Positions 60,601 to 64,000 of a stretch of DNA of 64,000 nucleotides are shown here, one piece after another. How positions within the stretch are numbered: position 1 is the stretch's first letter; each line of letters opens with the position of its first letter. Under the pieces are notes generated by a model that had not been told where the DNA came from, did not search any database, and saw only the letters and a list, made by a program, of their open reading frames with translations. Source of the DNA: Amphiscolops sp. MND2022 (lineage: Eukaryota); contig OZ076418.1 of assembly GCA_964187785.1 (NCBI GenBank), positions 26,784,001-26,848,000 of the forward strand. The letters run 5' to 3'. A program made the translations under genes and the position numbers.

Positions 60601-61720
60601 TGAAGTCAAATTTGTGACGTTGTCGGTTACTGTTAAGTTGCAACAGTTGATATTTATGTCTTTGTCTTTGAAGAAATCCAGTCCTAGAATGTTGTCATTG
60701 ACGTCGGCGATGTTGAAGGTGAAATTGTAGTTGCGTCGGAGGGAGAGTATGAAGATTGTGAGCGTCATTTTTCCGTGAACTTTGATACGGACTCCGTTAC
60801 TGTTTTGAGATTAGTTGCTGTCGGCGTGGCGTAATCGGTGTTGACGAGCGTTGACTTGATGATTGATACCTTAAATCCAGTGTCGGCGATGAAAGTAGTC
60901 TTCTGTGAGTTGATTTGGGCCGCAAGGCGGATGCAAATAGGATCCCCAATTGTTGCCGCGCACACGAGTGGGGCTATTCGTTTCCCTGTGCGGCGGGTGA
61001 TTGTGCGCGAGATGACGGTTCGATATGTGCGGGCTTTGGTCCAGGCCACTTACACCAGGGCTTACAACGTTTGGCCGAGTTGGCGAAAAACAAGTGAAAG
61101 CGGCAAATTTTCGGTCATTGTCCGGGCGAGAATGGCTGAATATTGATGTCGGCTGTGCTGTTTCTTGGCATTAGTTGCGGCTGGCGTGTATAGGACGATG
61201 ACGATGGATGCTGTGCGGCGTAAACGTGCGTGTTGTCCTGAAAAGTGTCCTTCGAGTAACTGTATATGGTGTCAACTAGTTTGGCGAATTTGTCGGGTGG
61301 CAGGTCCAAACGTGCGGAAAGTGAGGAACGCGTTCAGATTGGCATGGCTTGCATAAGGCGGTGTTTGATTACATCGTTGTCAATTGTCAGATGACATTCT
61401 GAAAGCTTGCGCTGGATGAGCAAGAGGCAAATTGAGGGCTTTTGTCCATCCAGTTAAATCATTCCTAATGCTTCTTCAATCAGTTCTGTTTTTGACTTCT
61501 GGTAGACTTGAGTGATGCTATCCTTGAGGCTGCTGCAATCTTCAATTTCCATTGGCAAGTTGATTGCGACGTCTTCTGGGATTGCTGCGAGGATGTGGTG
61601 ATATTTGGTGGTGGCGTTGGTAATTCCAGCCAAGACAAACTGGGATTCCATTTATCGAAACCAAACAGTCGGGTTCGTACGGTAAAATGGAGGTGGCTTC
61701 ATGGTGACTCTGTTGACAGG
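57634..61720 (-). pseudogene. Disrupted gag-pol of the Gypsy element with a C-terminal PHD finger (57724-57858)
   Basis: ORF pieces 61454-61651, 61115-61309, 60765-61049, 59840-60292, 59009-59725, 58028-58837, 57799-58074; the frame continues after the TAG at 57799 to a TAA at 57634. Confidence 0.88.
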
Positions 61721-62082
61721 TGCGTGTTGTAGTTCTGGCTGAGATGATGTTGAAGTTGTGGGGATTTCTGCAGATCCAAATTCGATGGTGTTCTGCATTG
61801 TGGTGGTATGGATATTTGGTTACGGATATTATTTTCGGCGGTGATTCTAGTTTATTTATACGTATTCTGGTAATGATATTCGGGTTTCGTTACTGTTTCG
61901 TTTCTCTTCTTTATGCGTAACTGTATTTTACTTCTTTTTATTAAGGGGTCTCCTTCTTTTTTTGTTTTTTTTTCATACACTTTTTTGTTTTTTTTTTACT
62001 GGAAGGAGAAAACGAAAGAGGTTTGCGAGACAATGATAAAAAGTTTGGAGAAAGTTTTTCTTTTTTTGGGGTGGGATGTTCG

Positions 62083-62100
62083 ATCACGTCGGGGTCACCA
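62083..62100 (-). promoter_or_regulatory. Primer-binding site, tRNA-Trp
   Basis: Minus strand TGGTGACCCCGACGTGAT, complementary to the tRNA-Trp 3' end. Confidence 0.9.
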
Positions 62101-62101
62101 T

Positions 62102-62274
62102 TTTAGGTTTCTTAGAAAGTCCCTAAATCTTTTGCCTAAACCTAAATAAAAATCTCAGCTGTGACAATGTTTGAATGAAGTAGCTGTATTATTCAGATCA
62201 AACACAAAAACTAAACAAGCTGAACAAGATTACATAATAGCGTAATACTTAGCTTGCATAAGAAGAAGTCAACA
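62102..62274 (-). repeat. 5' LTR of the Gypsy element
   Basis: Direct repeat of 57325-57497 with 12 mismatches. Confidence 0.9.
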
Positions 62275-62520
62275 CCATCTTGGGCTTCTTAGTAAGATTT
62301 TTCTTGGAAACATGCATGTCTTGATATGATCTTATCATGGCAAAACGCGTAACATGACGAGTTCTTTGCAAGATCTGAGACAAGGTTGTTTTAAAACTTT
62401 GGCAAGATTTTGCCAAGATCTCACTTAGATACCATTGAGGGGTCGACCCGAATTTACAACGGAAATAGCGACCTGAAAATTGATACTTTTCACGTTTTTT
62501 TGTGATGGGAATTCGCTCGA

Positions 62521-63217
62521 AAATATTAACCCCCTCAATTGATGTCTTCCTCAAAAAAATTGTGCAAGAAGGTTTCACCAGATATGAAGGAAATTTTCGA
62601 AAATAATAACCGCCTCAATTGATGGCTTCCGCAAAAAAATTGGGCAAGAAAGTTTCACCAGATATGAGGGAAATTGTCGAAAATATTAACCCCCTCAATT
62701 GATGTCTTCCTCAAAAAAATTGTGCAAGAAGGTTTCACCAGATATGAAGGAAATTTTCGAAAATAATAACCTCCTCAATTGATGGCTTCCGCAAAAAAAT
62801 TGGGCAAGAAAGTTTCACCAGATATGAGGGAAATTGTCGAAAACATTAACCACCTCAATTGATGGCTTCCGGAAAAAAATTGTTCAAGAAGGTTTCACCA
62901 GATATGAAGGAAATTTTCGAAAATATTAACCGCCTCAAGTGATGGCTTCCGCAAAAAAATTGGGCAAGAAGGTTTCACCAGATATGAGGAAAGTTGTCGA
63001 AAATATTAACCGCCTCATTTGATGGCTTCCGCAAACAAATTGGGCAAGAAGGTTTCACCAGATATGAGAGAAATTGTCAAAAATATCAACTGCCTCAATT
63101 GATTAAAACATTTGGGCAAGGTTTCACCAGATATGAGGGAAATTGTCGAAAATATCAATTGCCTCAATTGATGGCTTCCGCAAAAAAATTGTGCAAGAAG
63201 GTTTCACCAGATATGAG
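62521..63217. repeat. 80-bp tandem satellite, about 8.7 units, with alternating A/B variants
   Basis: Units start at 62521, 62601, 62681, 62761, 62841, 62921, 63001, 63081 and about 63149; unit 1 equals unit 3, unit 2 nearly equals unit 4. Confidence 0.95.
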
Positions 63218-64000
63218 TAGATACAATTAGAGAAGTTCAGTTCTTAATCTCAAGTTGATTTGAATTCACTTGAATTGATAAATTTCTGGCATCAAAAGTA
63301 ATTGAATGCTTTCAGCGCACGAGCTAATCAAGAATACCAGTGAAGAAAAACTAACGTCGCATCAATTTGTTTCATTCAAACACACTTATTGTAGCTTTCA
63401 AAATTGTGTGCACGCTAAGTTGTTTCGCGTTTCAAGTTCTTACATGAAAGACCTTTCCAAGTTATGATAAAAAAATCCGTAAAACAATTCACCTTCACAT
63501 AAAATTTATTGAAAGTGAGTTCTTTTATACTCGTTTCTATTCTCAAACATTAAAATCAAATCAGTATTCTTTGAAGTCAAATTTGAAAAACAACTTAGTC
63601 AAAAAGAGAAAAAAATAAATAGTATATTTTATTTTTCATACAAAGTATTTTCTGGTATTTACTTTGAACCTTACATATTTAGATAGTAAAAGGTACCAAA
63701 TGGATCCATTTGTTTGTTGAAGACCCTAACACTTAAAAATCACCAAAATTCAGATAAAATAGGGAAAAGTTTGTACAACCTAAAATTGAACAGTCAGTGT
63801 GCTTTGAGTTTTGAGTCCTTTTGGAAAACAAAAAGTGATGATCAAAGCGCGAGTGAAAAGTTTTTTTTACCCTGGTTGATAATAAATACAATTCTTGCAA
63901 GATCTTAACAAAAAATACAAATCTTTCTTGCAAGAACCTGACAGCAAAAATATTTCTTGCAAGAATCATGCAAGAGACCTGACAGACTAATGCATTGTCT

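Larger units (their letters stand above)
57325..62274 (-). mobile_element. Ty3/Gypsy LTR retrotransposon, CsRN1-like, full length but decayed
   Basis: 173-bp LTRs, 4-bp TSD CCAT (57321-57324, 62275-62278), tRNA-Trp PBS, PPT GGAGGAAGGAAGCCG, gag CHCC motif C-x2-H-x9-C-x3-C (CRFHLFFANSAKRCKPWC), order PR (ADTG)-RT ([11 protein letters not shown])-RH-IN (HMDIVGPLP, TDRGTQF). Confidence 0.92.

Overview
Repeat-rich eukaryotic (invertebrate-like) genomic window, roughly two thirds transposon-derived. It holds: (1) the 5' part of a minus-strand BEL/Pao LTR retrotransposon (1-5002) whose pol frame continues into a long unrecognised domain instead of RT; (2) nested CR1/L2-like LINE relics; (3) an 18.8-kb BEL/Pao insertion (11006-29852, TSD CATGG) that two nested tandem duplications expanded to 4 LTRs and 3 internal regions; (4) a 7-exon cereblon gene (31503-41481, predicted 592 aa, one GC-AG intron); (5) a 3-exon orphan gene ending in a CaaX box; (6) a decayed LINE, two abutting near-perfect palindromes, a CsRN1-like Ty3/Gypsy element whose integrase ends in an ING-type PHD finger, and an 80-bp dimeric satellite. 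The most striking observation is that the unusually long (about 1.85 kb) LTR of the second BEL/Pao element encodes, on its antisense strand, a JmjC-domain protein with an intact HxD...K...H catalytic signature: a candidate retrotransposon-borne histone demethylase or 2-oxoglutarate oxygenase, possibly an anti-silencing factor. All calls come from reading the sequence by eye; no database searches were run, so novelty is not verified.
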